Source of the DNA: Nostoc sp.
GTDB taxonomy: Bacteria; Cyanobacteriota; Cyanobacteriia; Cyanobacteriales; Nostocaceae
Reading direction: 5' to 3'
DNA length: 64,000 bases
NCBI GenBank assembly: GCA_036918135.1
Contig: JBALDB010000065.1
Span: 63,609-127,608, forward strand
Shown: positions 1-10,868 of the stretch, one piece after another
Layout: every line of letters begins with the position of its first letter
Position numbering within the stretch: the first letter of the stretch is position 1
The notes under the pieces: model-generated
The model's input: only the letters and a program-made list of their open reading frames with translations
Told to the model about the DNA's origin: nothing
Database searches by the model: none
Made by a program: the position numbers and the translations under genes

Positions 1-737
1 AATAAAACTAAGGTTTCATTATGAACTAAATTAATCAAAGCAAGTTCGTTAAAGTTGTTTCGTAAATCTTCATCAAAACGTTGTGCTGGGTAGTGTTCTA
101 CAGCAACGTCAGGATCGTAGATTATCTTCCAACCAGATCGCTTTAGTGCCAGCGTGAATGCCATTTCAAAATGTACTTGCGCTCCTGTACCTCGCATTCG
201 CTCGTCAAAGCGCAATTGGCCGATCGCTTGTTTGCGAAAACTCATGTTTACGCCTTTGAGAACATCGACTTCGCGGGGTTCTCCTACTCCCAGATGATGG
301 TTGCCAATCACGCGCCCAAACCACTGCAACCGACCAACTATTAGGCGGGAGTCATCTTCTAGTTTGCTGCCATGATGTATCCAATCACGCCCACCAAGAC
401 CGCCAAGGCGACTATCACAGGTAAAGTAAGCGGCGATGCGCTCTAACCAATCGGGATGGGGTGCAGCATCATCATCAGTAATGGAAAGAATATCACCCTC
501 CACCTCTGCCAATCCGGCGTTCAGGGCTGCTACTACGCCCGGTCGTGTGACTTTCACAGTTTGTAGTGGCAGGTTGTGTGCTTGGAATTGGGCGAGAAAT
601 TCCCAGGTTTGTGCATCCGTATCGCGGACAACCACTATCACCTGAGCGACTGGTTTAGTTTGCTCCTGTAGCGCCGAAAGGCAGCGTGAGAGGTCTTGTG
701 GACGGCGATAAGTCGGTATGAGAACGGTGTTCCGCAT
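1..737 (-). CDS. Glycosyltransferase family 2, runs off the window edge (HEP island)
   Basis: Not in the ORF track; read by hand from ATG at 737: MRNTVLIPTYRRPQDLSRCL...ITDDDAAP (GT2 start motif and DxD). Overlaps the 3' end of the upstream GT4 by 83 bp. Confidence 0.88.
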   Translation of the reverse strand, partial: MRNTVLIPTYRRPQDLSRCLSALQEQTKPVAQVIVVVRDTDAQTWEFLAQFQAHNLPLQTVKVTRPGVVAALNAGLAEVEGDILSITDDDAAPHPDWLERIAAYFTCDSRLGGLGGRDWIHHGSKLEDDSRLIVGRLQWFGRVIGNHHLGVGEPREVDVLKGVNMSFRKQAIGQLRFDERMRGTGAQVHFEMAFTLALKRSGWKIIYDPDVAVEHYPAQRFDEDLRNNFNELALINLVHNETLVL

Positions 738-1857
738 TCTTGCTTAACTCCTCGAATAAATCCACATAAGTTTGTGCCATAGTAGTCCAGCTGTGTTGTT
801 CTGCCACAGAACGAGCAGCTTGTCCCATTTGTTGCATCAGCGGTTGTTTGCTCACTAAAGACATCAACGCCATTGCCAATGCATCGATATCATCTGAGTT
901 GGGTAAGACGATGCCGCATTCTGGTGTTACTAACTCTGCACCCCCGGTAGCTATGGCAGTAATTACTGGCAGTCCTGAAGCAAGCGCTTCTAACAATACC
1001 AGGCTGCAAGCTTCATATCGGGAAGGAAAAATAAATAAATCTACTGATCGCATAATTTCGGGGATATCACGGCGAAATCCGACAAAATGCACGCGCTCGT
1101 TTAACCCCAAGGAAGCGGCTAGCTGGGGAAAGGGACTATCTTCTATGTGACCCACCACAACTAAATGTAAATCGGGAACTTTCGCCAAGGCGTGCAGGAT
1201 TGTATCTAGGTTCTTTCTGGGTGTGCGAATGTCTCCGGCGAATAGTGCCAAGGTGACATTTTCTGGTAAATCTAATTTTTGGCGATTGCTTTTACCAGGG
1301 GTAAACTCTTCTAGGTCTACTCCATTGACAATTACCCGAATGCGAGAACGGGGTACACCAATGTTAATTAATTCCTGGGCTACCTTTTCGGATACGGCTA
1401 CAACGACCCTAGCTCTTTGAAAAGCTTGTTTTTCCCAACGGGCGTTAAAAGCAGTAAATAGCCACTGATATAAACCATATAAATCTCGGCGATTGCGGGA
1501 AATATGAACTGGCGATCGCAACCACGAACTGTGGACAAAATGTACAGCATTTACGTCAGCAGCAGCCATATTAATCGCACCATTGATTTTGATTAAGTCA
1601 ATGCTAGAGCGATGTTTGTGTAACCAATTTGCACTTTTTTGAGTAAAGATGAAATTCCGAATCAGTTCGGTGGGATAGCCTTTGACTAGAATTTGAATCC
1701 AATCAACTTGAGTGTTATGTTCTAGTTCTGGTGCAATTTCACTGGCTAATAATGTCAGGTGATAACCACGACGGATTGCTTCTTGGGCAACTTCGTAGTT
1801 TACTCGACCTTGACCATCACCTTTTTTAATTTTATGGGTAATAATACAAAGTTTCAT
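655..1857 (-). CDS. Glycosyltransferase family 4
   Basis: GT-B motifs NGVD, RKN, PSRYEACSLVLLEALASGLPV. Confidence 0.92.
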   Translation of the reverse strand: MKLCIITHKIKKGDGQGRVNYEVAQEAIRRGYHLTLLASEIAPELEHNTQVDWIQILVKGYPTELIRNFIFTQKSANWLHKHRSSIDLIKINGAINMAAADVNAVHFVHSSWLRSPVHISRNRRDLYGLYQWLFTAFNARWEKQAFQRARVVVAVSEKVAQELINIGVPRSRIRVIVNGVDLEEFTPGKSNRQKLDLPENVTLALFAGDIRTPRKNLDTILHALAKVPDLHLVVVGHIEDSPFPQLAASLGLNERVHFVGFRRDIPEIMRSVDLFIFPSRYEACSLVLLEALASGLPVITAIATGGAELVTPECGIVLPNSDDIDALAMALMSLVSKQPLMQQMGQAARSVAEQHSWTTMAQTYVDLFEELSKNAEHRSHTDLSPSTRPLTLPFGATGAN

Positions 1858-1973
1858 ACACTATTTTTTTAGGAAGAAAAGCTCACACACAGACGCAGAG
1901 AGTTGAGGAGAGTTTTATTTGTGTTGTTTGTAGTTCATTAAAAATAACTATATAATTCATCACAGTTTATATA

Positions 1974-2957
1974 TTATTTCGAGAATCCTATTAATTTATT
2001 TGTGAAAATTCGTGGAGTAAAACTGAGAGTCAGTGCGGCAAGAGTTCGCAGATTAAATTTTTGTTTTTTCAACGCTTGCCAAAAATAAGGACGTGCTGCG
2101 GCTATCTGTTCGTTTCGCAGTAAACCAATTCCTAATGTAGTATTAGCTTCTAACCATTTTTGTTGAAAGTGTATGCTAAATTCTTGTAGGCGAGTGTCTT
2201 CCATTAAGGCTCGATAACAAAATATTTCGTTTTTAGCTTTGCGAATTTTTGCTTGTACATCTCGACTACCGCTGAGCATAGTATCAGTTTGCTCGTGGGC
2301 ACGATATCGCGTTAGTCTTTCTGGATAGTAGTAAGCACCATGACCAGATATACAGCAGAGATAGGTTAAATATAAATCCCACATTCCACCAATTTCTAGA
2401 GGAATACTATCCCAATCAACAAAGTGATTACGAATTACACAAGACGCAGCAGTGGGTATGCTTTTATCTATCAATCCAATTTTGGAGAAAGGTTGATGAA
2501 TTCCTGGTCTGAGTTTATCACGCTTGTAACCGCGTGTATTTTCTTCAGTTCCAATATGATTAATTATGCCATTTGCATCTATAATATATTGGTCGCAAAA
2601 AGCAAGAATTAAGTCAGGATTTTCTTCTAATGGTGGTACAAGTTTCGCTAAAAAGTCTTGATTCCACATATCATCGTCGTGAAGGCTAGTAACGTATTTA
2701 CCTTGCGCCATTTTGAAAGCATGTTGCTGATTAGCCAGCATACCGACGTTTTGCTCGTGTCGCCAAAATCGAATGCGTGAATCATTAAAAGATGCGACAA
2801 TGGCTTGGGGATTTTCGAGACTACAATTATCAGAAACAATAATTTCAATATTTTGATAAGTTTGTTGAACAGCGCTAGCGATCGCTTGCTTGAGATACTC
2901 TGGTCGATTATAAGTAGGGATAATAACGCTGACTAATGGTTGTTGATGCAATGACAT
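1974..2957 (-). CDS. Glycosyltransferase family 2
   Basis: VSVIIPTYNR, DNCS, LHDDD. Confidence 0.92.
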   Translation of the reverse strand: MSLHQQPLVSVIIPTYNRPEYLKQAIASAVQQTYQNIEIIVSDNCSLENPQAIVASFNDSRIRFWRHEQNVGMLANQQHAFKMAQGKYVTSLHDDDMWNQDFLAKLVPPLEENPDLILAFCDQYIIDANGIINHIGTEENTRGYKRDKLRPGIHQPFSKIGLIDKSIPTAASCVIRNHFVDWDSIPLEIGGMWDLYLTYLCCISGHGAYYYPERLTRYRAHEQTDTMLSGSRDVQAKIRKAKNEIFCYRALMEDTRLQEFSIHFQQKWLEANTTLGIGLLRNEQIAAARPYFWQALKKQKFNLRTLAALTLSFTPRIFTNKLIGFSK

Positions 2958-2988
2958 GTTTTTCTCTGTTAATTTCTTGAGGAATACT

Positions 2989-4164
2989 CTATAATTTTTT
3001 ATCTGAAGAATAAAATTCAGCTATTGTTTTTGCATAAATTGCTTGCAGGTTTTTTACATGAGTATCCATCGTAAATTTTTTCATCAATAAAGCATGACCT
3101 TGTACGCCCATATCTCGGCTTTTTTGATAATCTGTAGATAAAAAATTAATGGCTTGGGCTAGTTTTTTAATGTTATTACTGGGAACAAGAATACCCGTTT
3201 CTCCATCTTGTAAATGTTCGGGGATACCTCCGACTGCACTACCAATTACAGGTCGATAACGAGCGTATGCTTCGAGAGTTACAAGACCAGCAGGTTCAGG
3301 CCAAACACTGGGAAAAATAACTGCAAAACACTGTTGATACAGTTGATTTAATTGATGGCGATCGCACCAACCATGCCAAGTAATTCGGTTACTCAATCCC
3401 AAGGTATTTGCTAATTTTTCTAAGCGTGGTCTTTCCCAACCTTCACCTGCGATATCAAGTTGAATTTGCGGGTTTGTATGTATTAAGGTTTTAATCAACC
3501 ATTCTAAGCCTTTATCAGAAACAATCCGACCAACAAATAAAATTCTTTGATTTTGGTGGACTTCTAAATTTAGGGGTGCAGTTGGTATTTTTGGCAGAGA
3601 AATTCCACAGTGTACTGTGACGGTTTGCTCGGCTGGTATACCGTTTTTAATCAACTGTTGACGGACATATTCGCTATTAGCAATAAAAGTAATTTTTAGC
3701 TTTTTTAATATATCTAAAAATTGCTGAGTACCTTGAATTTCTCTAAAAGTTCTTAAAGGTTTACGGCTACCACATTTATCTACTAATTTACCCCAGGTAC
3801 ATCCTAAATAAGAAAAGTTGCGCTCGCAGATTGTCCGTTCTCCAGCTAAATACTTTGTACCACTAGGACAATACAATGCATGATTATGAACGCTAAAAGC
3901 TGTAGGACATTCACCTGTAAGCTGCAATAGTAAATCTGGACTGTGGAGGTGCAGTAATTTGAACTGGCTTTGGTCAACATTATAGAGCGATTTAATCGCG
4001 CGATCGCTAATATCAGGCGAACAATGTTCAAATAGAGAACCTAAATAAGTTTCAACACCTCCGCCTTCACCTACTTCAAAATTGGAGCATTGATAAATTA
4101 GGTTTTCTGGAAAAACTTCTCTGTGCAATTTATTTTGCTTGAAATTATTAATTATTTTAGGCAT
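2989..4164 (-). CDS. Glycosyltransferase family 4
   Basis: FVGRIVSDKG, PSVWPEPAGLVTLEA, GGIPE. Confidence 0.92.
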   Translation of the reverse strand: MPKIINNFKQNKLHREVFPENLIYQCSNFEVGEGGGVETYLGSLFEHCSPDISDRAIKSLYNVDQSQFKLLHLHSPDLLLQLTGECPTAFSVHNHALYCPSGTKYLAGERTICERNFSYLGCTWGKLVDKCGSRKPLRTFREIQGTQQFLDILKKLKITFIANSEYVRQQLIKNGIPAEQTVTVHCGISLPKIPTAPLNLEVHQNQRILFVGRIVSDKGLEWLIKTLIHTNPQIQLDIAGEGWERPRLEKLANTLGLSNRITWHGWCDRHQLNQLYQQCFAVIFPSVWPEPAGLVTLEAYARYRPVIGSAVGGIPEHLQDGETGILVPSNNIKKLAQAINFLSTDYQKSRDMGVQGHALLMKKFTMDTHVKNLQAIYAKTIAEFYSSDKKL

Positions 4165-4232
4165 TAATTCTCAATTATTTATACATAATTATTAATTTGA
4201 TGGTTTGTATCTAGAAGCTCTGTTTCACCAAT

Positions 4233-5072
4233 TTATCTGCCAACATTAAACCAAAATTTATGTCTGACATCACTAACATAGTGTCTAAGAGCAATGTTTT
4301 TACTTGTAGATTTATCTGGATAGATAAACTGGTCTTCTACATTGAGAACATATTTTTTGGGGCATAGAGGTTGACCATGATTGTGATGCATTGTCAAATG
4401 TACAATTGTTTGTTCAGTAAAATAACTAGGAGCTTCTGGAAGATTTGCTAAACGTTTGATAGCAAAATTCCAGTCAAATTCATGTCTAAATAATATGAAT
4501 CCCCCATTGACTGGGTTTAATTTTTCAGACTCATCATAAATAATTCGTTTGTCTAGCGACATAGAACAATCAGGTAGATAAAGAGAGAATTTATCATCTG
4601 AGTTACTTAAATCAATTAAGTCTATACCTCCAGGAAAAAATAAAATATCTGAATCGGTGTAAATTGTAGTTCCATTGATAGGAATTGACATTAACATCGA
4701 CAATTTTTTACCCATTGGATGGAGTTGGGCATAATCAACAACACATTGAGGTAAATCTGTTCTCACGAAGTTTCGTAAAAGTACTACCTGAACGCAGGGA
4801 TGGATGCGACGGAGTAAATTACAACTAAAATCAGTGTAACTACCATCAGAAACTACTGTAAATGTATCTGGAATACCGACATGATGGATGAATGAGCGAA
4901 TACTTGCCACTTGTTCTGGTAAATCGCGTTCGCATGATAAAGCATAGACTTTTATCGCAACTTGCTGAGTTTGTTTTATCGGGATATTGACAATTTGAGA
5001 AATCGCTGCCTTATATAGAGAACGATTAAATTTACCCTGAGTTTTAGCAGTATGATAGCCTAAATTTACCAT
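4233..5072 (-). CDS. Putative GT-A fold (GT8-like) glycosyltransferase of the HEP island
   Basis: YTDSDILFF (DxD), NGGFILF, TEQT; start placed at the ATG of MVNLG. Confidence 0.6.
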   Translation of the reverse strand: MVNLGYHTAKTQGKFNRSLYKAAISQIVNIPIKQTQQVAIKVYALSCERDLPEQVASIRSFIHHVGIPDTFTVVSDGSYTDFSCNLLRRIHPCVQVVLLRNFVRTDLPQCVVDYAQLHPMGKKLSMLMSIPINGTTIYTDSDILFFPGGIDLIDLSNSDDKFSLYLPDCSMSLDKRIIYDESEKLNPVNGGFILFRHEFDWNFAIKRLANLPEAPSYFTEQTIVHLTMHHNHGQPLCPKKYVLNVEDQFIYPDKSTSKNIALRHYVSDVRHKFWFNVGR

Positions 5073-5166
5073 TGATTTTTCCTTTTTCAACCTATAAGTA
5101 ACTGACTCAAATAATCAATTCGTAATTAATGGATTACCTAGTTTGCTTATCACGCCCAGGCGAGTA

Positions 5167-7008
5167 TTACGAATTATAGTATTGCATTTGGTGATATTCC
5201 CAAAGCTTACCTTTGCGTCCAAGTAATTCTTGATATTTGCCTTGCTCTACTATCCGCCCTGCTTCCAATACCACGACTTTATCTGCTTTAGAAATAGTAG
5301 AAAGACGGTGAGCGATCGTAATTACTGTTCTGCCAACAGATAGCTTTTCTAATGAATCTTGAATTAAGCGTTCGGATACAGAATCTAAAGCGCTGGTTGC
5401 TTCATCCAAAATTAAAATTTCTGGGTTCCGTAGTAGCGCACGTGCAATAGCAATTCGCTGTCTTTGTCCTCCAGATAATCTAACACCTCTATCTCCTAAT
5501 TGGGTATTAAAACCTTCTGGCATTTCTAAAATAAATTCTAGTGCATTTGCTAATTTAGCAGCTTCTTGAATTTCATTATTTGTAGCTTCTTGAGTCCCAT
5601 AACTAATATTCTGCCAAACCGTGGTATTGAAGATAAAAGTATCCTGACTGACAACAGCTATTTTGCGACGCAGGGAGTTAATTTCAAACAGTCGGATATC
5701 AATTTCATCGATAAAAATACTTCCCTCTGTGGCATTATAAAATCGGGGAATCAAATCTGCAAGGGTTGTTTTACCAGCACCAGAAGCTCCGACTAAGGCT
5801 GTCATTTTTCCCTTTTCGATGGTTAAGGTAATATTATGCAACACCAAATTTTTATCGTCGTAGCCAAAATCTACAGATACTAAATTTATTGACCTTTTTA
5901 ACCCATTAAACTTAATATGTCCATTTTGAAAATAATTTTTATCATCACTTTTCAACAAATTTTTAATATTGTCTGCTGAACCGTGTAAAGTACTGAGAAA
6001 TGCTCTAGTACCATTAATATCTTGAACAAATGGGATAAAACGAAATAGTACAAAGAAAAATGTTAATAAAGAAGCAACTTGTAGCGTTCCATTACTAACT
6101 AAACTAGTGAATGCCAAAATAATCATTCCCACCAATACCGTAGTAGCTACTCCTTCGGCAATTGGCTTGACAAGCGTCCAAGTGAAAACAACTTTAGTTG
6201 TAGTACTTACTACTTTATCGCTAGCTCTGTAGTAACGCTGGCGCTCAAATTCTTGAGTACCATAAGAGTGAACGGTACGAATGCCATTAATAAATTCTAC
6301 GGCTGTTGATGTAAAATTAGCATTAGCAGTTGTCATGCCAAAACTTGATTCTCTAACTCTGGCATTTAAATTTGATAATCCTACACCTAAAAGGGTAAAT
6401 ATTAATGCAGAAATCAGAGTTAGTTGCCATGATATCAAAAACATTGATATTAAGTAGACAAAAGTTGTTAGTCCTCTAGTAACTAAAAAGGCTCCAGCGC
6501 TGAAGCCTTGTCTTATCCTTTCGATTTCTGTGGTAATTGTGTTAATTAGTTCCCCAGAGCGAGTTTTTGCAAAGTAACTTAGCGATAATGCTTGTAGCTG
6601 TTCAAAAATTTGCTTACGTAAGCGATCGCCAAGATATAATTGAGATAATTCAATATAAACTTGGGCAAAATAATTGAAGGCAACGCGTAACCAAGTACTC
6701 AATAAAATCAGCGAAGATATCCGGTATAGACGATTAAGTGCGGATGTCTTAGCTCCCAAAATAAAAATATCAAACCATTCTATTCCTGTTTGAATAGGTT
6801 GAGCGTTTGGACTAGTTAAACTCTGTAAAAATGAGAGCAAGAAACCAATACTGACACCCTCAAATGTTGCTGCCAAAATTGAGAATATGAGAGCTAAAGT
6901 TGCTATTTTGCGAAAGTGTGTAAATTCTTGCAATATTAAATAGTTTTCCCGCCAGAAGCTTGTAGCTTTGAACAGATTGCTGATTGATTGAGGAAGTTTG
7001 AAAAGCAT
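5167..7008 (-). CDS. hepA: Heterocyst polysaccharide ABC transporter HepA
   Basis: Fused TM + ABC domains (GASGAGKT, LSGGQRQR, ILDEATS); lies directly downstream of hepC as in the HEP island; ATG at 7008. Confidence 0.9.
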   Translation of the reverse strand: MLFKLPQSISNLFKATSFWRENYLILQEFTHFRKIATLALIFSILAATFEGVSIGFLLSFLQSLTSPNAQPIQTGIEWFDIFILGAKTSALNRLYRISSLILLSTWLRVAFNYFAQVYIELSQLYLGDRLRKQIFEQLQALSLSYFAKTRSGELINTITTEIERIRQGFSAGAFLVTRGLTTFVYLISMFLISWQLTLISALIFTLLGVGLSNLNARVRESSFGMTTANANFTSTAVEFINGIRTVHSYGTQEFERQRYYRASDKVVSTTTKVVFTWTLVKPIAEGVATTVLVGMIILAFTSLVSNGTLQVASLLTFFFVLFRFIPFVQDINGTRAFLSTLHGSADNIKNLLKSDDKNYFQNGHIKFNGLKRSINLVSVDFGYDDKNLVLHNITLTIEKGKMTALVGASGAGKTTLADLIPRFYNATEGSIFIDEIDIRLFEINSLRRKIAVVSQDTFIFNTTVWQNISYGTQEATNNEIQEAAKLANALEFILEMPEGFNTQLGDRGVRLSGGQRQRIAIARALLRNPEILILDEATSALDSVSERLIQDSLEKLSVGRTVITIAHRLSTISKADKVVVLEAGRIVEQGKYQELLGRKGKLWEYHQMQYYNS

Positions 7009-7191
7009 AATTTTTTTTAACAATAATTTGGCACAGAAAAACTGAAAATTCAGAATTCACTAGTCAGAACTCAGAATAATTGGAAAATCTAGAATTGATA
7101 ACACGGTTGCTTGATTTTATTCAAATTATTCAACTTGGATATCAAATTTTTGTAAATTCTAGATTCTGAATCCTGACGGTGAAACCATTAA

Positions 7192-7905
7192 TCAATTACC
7201 GTAGAGGTAAATTTCTGAATTCTCAATTGTGTATTCTTCTTCAATTAGTTGTATTGCATCTGTCAAAGTCCAAGAACGAGATGCCATCAAACTCATGTCA
7301 CCGCGCAGTACGTTAAGTAACAATGGTAAATTGTTGAGGCTATATTTATGTATCCAACGCCCTAGCGGTGTGATGTTGTCGTTTAGTGTTGTGGAAAATT
7401 TAACAGCTCGAAAAAGTTTACCTCTTTCTCCAACACGCCATTCATGGCAAAAAAGTGACTCTGGCGAGTAAATTTGCATCAATACAATCAATCCCAGGAT
7501 AACTGGACTGAGTAATAACAGCAACGAAAAAGCAACAATCCAATCAATTATTTGCTGTAACCATCTCAAGGTTTGATTACCTTGCTTTAGCTGTTTCTTG
7601 TTAGCGGGTATGCGTAAGAATATTGGCTTATGAGCTTGTTCGCAGGCATCTGCCCAAAACTGTAGTAAATCTTTACCCAGTTTTACATCTATGCTCACCA
7701 AATTTACAGGAGAATGTTTTAAGCATTCTACTAGCGATCGCTGACTATTTAATGAAGCCAAATATGGTAGTTTGACTCGTCCTGGCGGCTTCACCAACAG
7801 TTTACCCCGTCGCCATAAAAGTGTATATTCTCCAAAGCAACTATCTTGGCGTTGTGGGGTTAGATCGTAAAAATTCTCTATAACTGGAATTATTGAAGTC
7901 GTCAT
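7192..7905 (-). CDS. hepC: HepC, sugar-transferase (WbaP-like) family protein
   Basis: LLWRRGKLLV N-domain, TM helix, degenerate sugar transferase domain (RVGERGKLF...LNVLRGDMSL); between the Wzc-like gene and hepA. Confidence 0.88.
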   Translation of the reverse strand: MTTSIIPVIENFYDLTPQRQDSCFGEYTLLWRRGKLLVKPPGRVKLPYLASLNSQRSLVECLKHSPVNLVSIDVKLGKDLLQFWADACEQAHKPIFLRIPANKKQLKQGNQTLRWLQQIIDWIVAFSLLLLLSPVILGLIVLMQIYSPESLFCHEWRVGERGKLFRAVKFSTTLNDNITPLGRWIHKYSLNNLPLLLNVLRGDMSLMASRSWTLTDAIQLIEEEYTIENSEIYLYGN

Positions 7906-8391
7906 GTCTTTACGTTTATACAAGAGTGAATTGCTGAGGCGTTATCGAAGGCTATCAAGCTAATTCGTAATTATATTAAAGACAGTGATTTAGACCCTAT
8001 CTAAAACCAAGCTATCTGTGGAGATAAGGGTCTGAAATCTTATGCTTAATTACGAGCAATATTATTTTCAGATGCGGGTAATCGGAATTTTTCGAGTAAC
8101 TACTGGTAGTAGAGTGTAGAGAAAAATTACCCATGAATCTATATCTTAATTGTCCTGAGGTGTTTCTTGGGTCGATAGTAACAAAACCAATCCACTCTTG
8201 TGTTCTAACTTTTTAGAAGTGCTTTAATCTCTAGAATATAAGAGGATATAGAAATAGCGATCGCTCAAATAAATTCTTTATTTAGTCTTTAATTAGTCAG
8301 TAATTCTTCTGCAAACTCATAAAGATAGCATAAATATCCAGAATTTTTCCTGATAGTAATAAATCTAAATTTTTATATATTTTAATACATT

Positions 8392-8420
8392 TGTAGGGTA
8401 GCACACCTGTGCTACCCTAC
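8392..8420. repeat. REP-like palindrome GTAGGGTAGCAC-acct-GTGCTACCCTAC (possible terminator)
   Basis: Perfect 12-bp inverted repeat with GTAG foot, downstream of the Wzc-like gene. Confidence 0.65.
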
Positions 8421-8488
8421 TTAAAAAGATATGTGTCTTGGCGTAAATTATAGATATCGCACTGCCTTACCAAAGCCTCATGCTCAAT

Positions 8489-10717
8489 CTATTTTTCCAC
8501 AGCTTGGCGCAGGGCTAATTGCTGTTGTTTGATATAAGGTACGTAATTACTGCTAGAGTTTGATACTCCATTTGCTACAACTCCAATCAAGTTTAACTTG
8601 CTGAGCATCGCTGTGGCTTGAGTCAGCTGGCTTCGGGTCACAATACCGATGCTTGCCACCATAACCACACTACGAGAGGATGATGCGGTGAGCATGGCAT
8701 CCACCATGCCGAGAACTGGGGAAGCATCTATAAGTACCAAATCATAGTTTTCCTCAAATGCTGCCATTAATTGCATCATTCGAGGAGAACTTAACAAATT
8801 AGCTGGGTCAGCAGGTTTTGGCCCAGCGGTCAAAATATCGATGTAAGCTGAACCTGTGTACTGAATACTAATCTGGTTGGGTAGAGTAGCATCGCTAGAC
8901 AATAGAGTTGAAAGCCCCTGTTCGTTGGGAAGATTCAACTGTTCGTGCAGACTAGGATCGCGTAAGTTGGCATCAATTAGCAGTACCCTTTTATGTAAAC
9001 GCGCAGCACTCATTGCCAAACCCAACGCTAAAGCTGATTTCCCCTCATCCGGCAAAGCCGAAGTGACCATCAAAGATTTTAAATTAGAAACAGTATTTAA
9101 AAGTTCGATGTTTTTGTAAATCAGATCCAGCGATTCCCAACGCGGTGGAGATTGTAATACCTGAATTGTCCAAGGCGCCAGAACTTCTGGCTTACCGAAA
9201 GGCAATTTAATCATTGATTCTCTCGGTTTGGCTGGAGGTAATTTGGGGGTTGTTCCTAACAATGGTAGGGGTATTTGCTTTTCTAACTCAGCAGTAGTAT
9301 GAACTGAATCATCAATCGATTCCCGAATAAAGACAGCAATTCCTCCTAACATTAACCCAACCACTGCACCTAAGAGCAAATTCTGCTGAGGATTAGGGCC
9401 TAATTGTGCGCCTTTTTGAGGTTCTTCTACAACTTCCCAATTAAATCCACCCTTAGCAAGTTCTTGCCGCAATTGTTGTTCTGCTCTTAAAAGCTGTTCT
9501 AATCTTTCACGGCTAAATTGTAGCTGCGGTAGCATCCGATTGTAATAAGCCAATAAAGGTGGAAAGCGTTTGATTTCAAAACGCAGTTCATTCTCTTTCT
9601 TAGCCAAAGTTTGGTCGCGGGCACTTAAAGCAACTAAATTTGTTTGGGTTTCTACTAACTGACTAGCAAGGTTGAGGTCGATTTGACCAAGCTGTCCTTT
9701 TTCTAAGAGAGAGTCTCCAGAAATAAATGTACTAGCAGACTTTGTGCCTAAAGTTCTTCCTACCTCTTGTTGCAATAATTCCTTCTGGCTCTGAAGCTGT
9801 TCTTTGAGCTTTTGCACGCTAGGAGTTGCATCTGTAAAGCGTAAGCGTTCTTGTGATAGCGCTAGTTCTGTTTTTTGAATTTCGTTGAGTAAGCTTTGAT
9901 AGCGAGTAGATTGACTCAGACGTGAAGCTACTAAAGCATTCTGTGGAGTACGGTTAAGTTGTTCTTCTAAAGATTTTTGACGTGCTAAAGCTTCACCATA
10001 TTGAGAACGAGTTGTCTGACGTTCTTGGGCAATATTGTTTAAAGCTGTCTCAATCGCTTTAGCCTGTGATTCTGGATCGATTAAATTTTGGTTTCTGCGA
10101 AATCTTTGGAGGTTTGTCTCAGCTGCTTTGACTTCTTCACTGGCTTTACTTAACTGTTCCCTGATAATTTGCAGACCCTTTTGTAAACGCGAATCCTGTT
10201 GTTGTTTGTTGTATTCGACATAAACTTGTCGAATTGCGCCCAAAACTTTTTGGGTCTTTTGTGGGTCTTTATCAGTGTATTCAGCTTGAAATATTTTAGT
10301 AGCAACATTGTCTTCTTTGCTTCTTAATTGACTTAAGACCAAAGAACCTTTAATCTCATCTGTAGTGATGTCTGGATATTCAGACTGAAGTTTATCAACT
10401 GCTTTTTGGATTAGACCCGAACTTTGCATCAAGTTAAGCTGGGTTGCAGTATCTATTACCACATTAGAGTCGGTAAACTCATTTTCTACTCCACCTGCTT
10501 CTGTCTTACCTTGATAGTTAGGTTCTACTAGCAGTTGCATCGAACTTCTATAAGTTGGTTTAGTCTTTAAAGTTACCATACCTGCAATAGTAATAGAACC
10601 AGTAAATACTATTAAAAACCAAGGAAATCTCCGAACCAAGACCTTAAACATTTGTCCATAACTTGGTTCAGTTTCCGAAACTGAAGTTATCTGAGAATTT
10701 AAGCTAGTTTGAACCAT
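8489..10717 (-). CDS. Wzc/GumC-family polysaccharide co-polymerase with tyrosine autokinase domain
   Basis: Two TM helices flanking a coiled coil; TSALPDEGKS Walker A, LLIDANLR, VLIDASP. Confidence 0.92.
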   Translation of the reverse strand: MVQTSLNSQITSVSETEPSYGQMFKVLVRRFPWFLIVFTGSITIAGMVTLKTKPTYRSSMQLLVEPNYQGKTEAGGVENEFTDSNVVIDTATQLNLMQSSGLIQKAVDKLQSEYPDITTDEIKGSLVLSQLRSKEDNVATKIFQAEYTDKDPQKTQKVLGAIRQVYVEYNKQQQDSRLQKGLQIIREQLSKASEEVKAAETNLQRFRRNQNLIDPESQAKAIETALNNIAQERQTTRSQYGEALARQKSLEEQLNRTPQNALVASRLSQSTRYQSLLNEIQKTELALSQERLRFTDATPSVQKLKEQLQSQKELLQQEVGRTLGTKSASTFISGDSLLEKGQLGQIDLNLASQLVETQTNLVALSARDQTLAKKENELRFEIKRFPPLLAYYNRMLPQLQFSRERLEQLLRAEQQLRQELAKGGFNWEVVEEPQKGAQLGPNPQQNLLLGAVVGLMLGGIAVFIRESIDDSVHTTAELEKQIPLPLLGTTPKLPPAKPRESMIKLPFGKPEVLAPWTIQVLQSPPRWESLDLIYKNIELLNTVSNLKSLMVTSALPDEGKSALALGLAMSAARLHKRVLLIDANLRDPSLHEQLNLPNEQGLSTLLSSDATLPNQISIQYTGSAYIDILTAGPKPADPANLLSSPRMMQLMAAFEENYDLVLIDASPVLGMVDAMLTASSSRSVVMVASIGIVTRSQLTQATAMLSKLNLIGVVANGVSNSSSNYVPYIKQQQLALRQAVEK

Positions 10718-10868
10718 TTTTCTTATCCTTGTCTTCTCTACGAGAGGCTGCACCAACGGCAATATACACTAATAGTTAAGAAATCAAATGTGTCGATACT
10801 AAATTGGAATAGATAGGATGATTGAAAATTTATCTAACAATCTTATAGTCAAAATTGTCAGCAAAAAT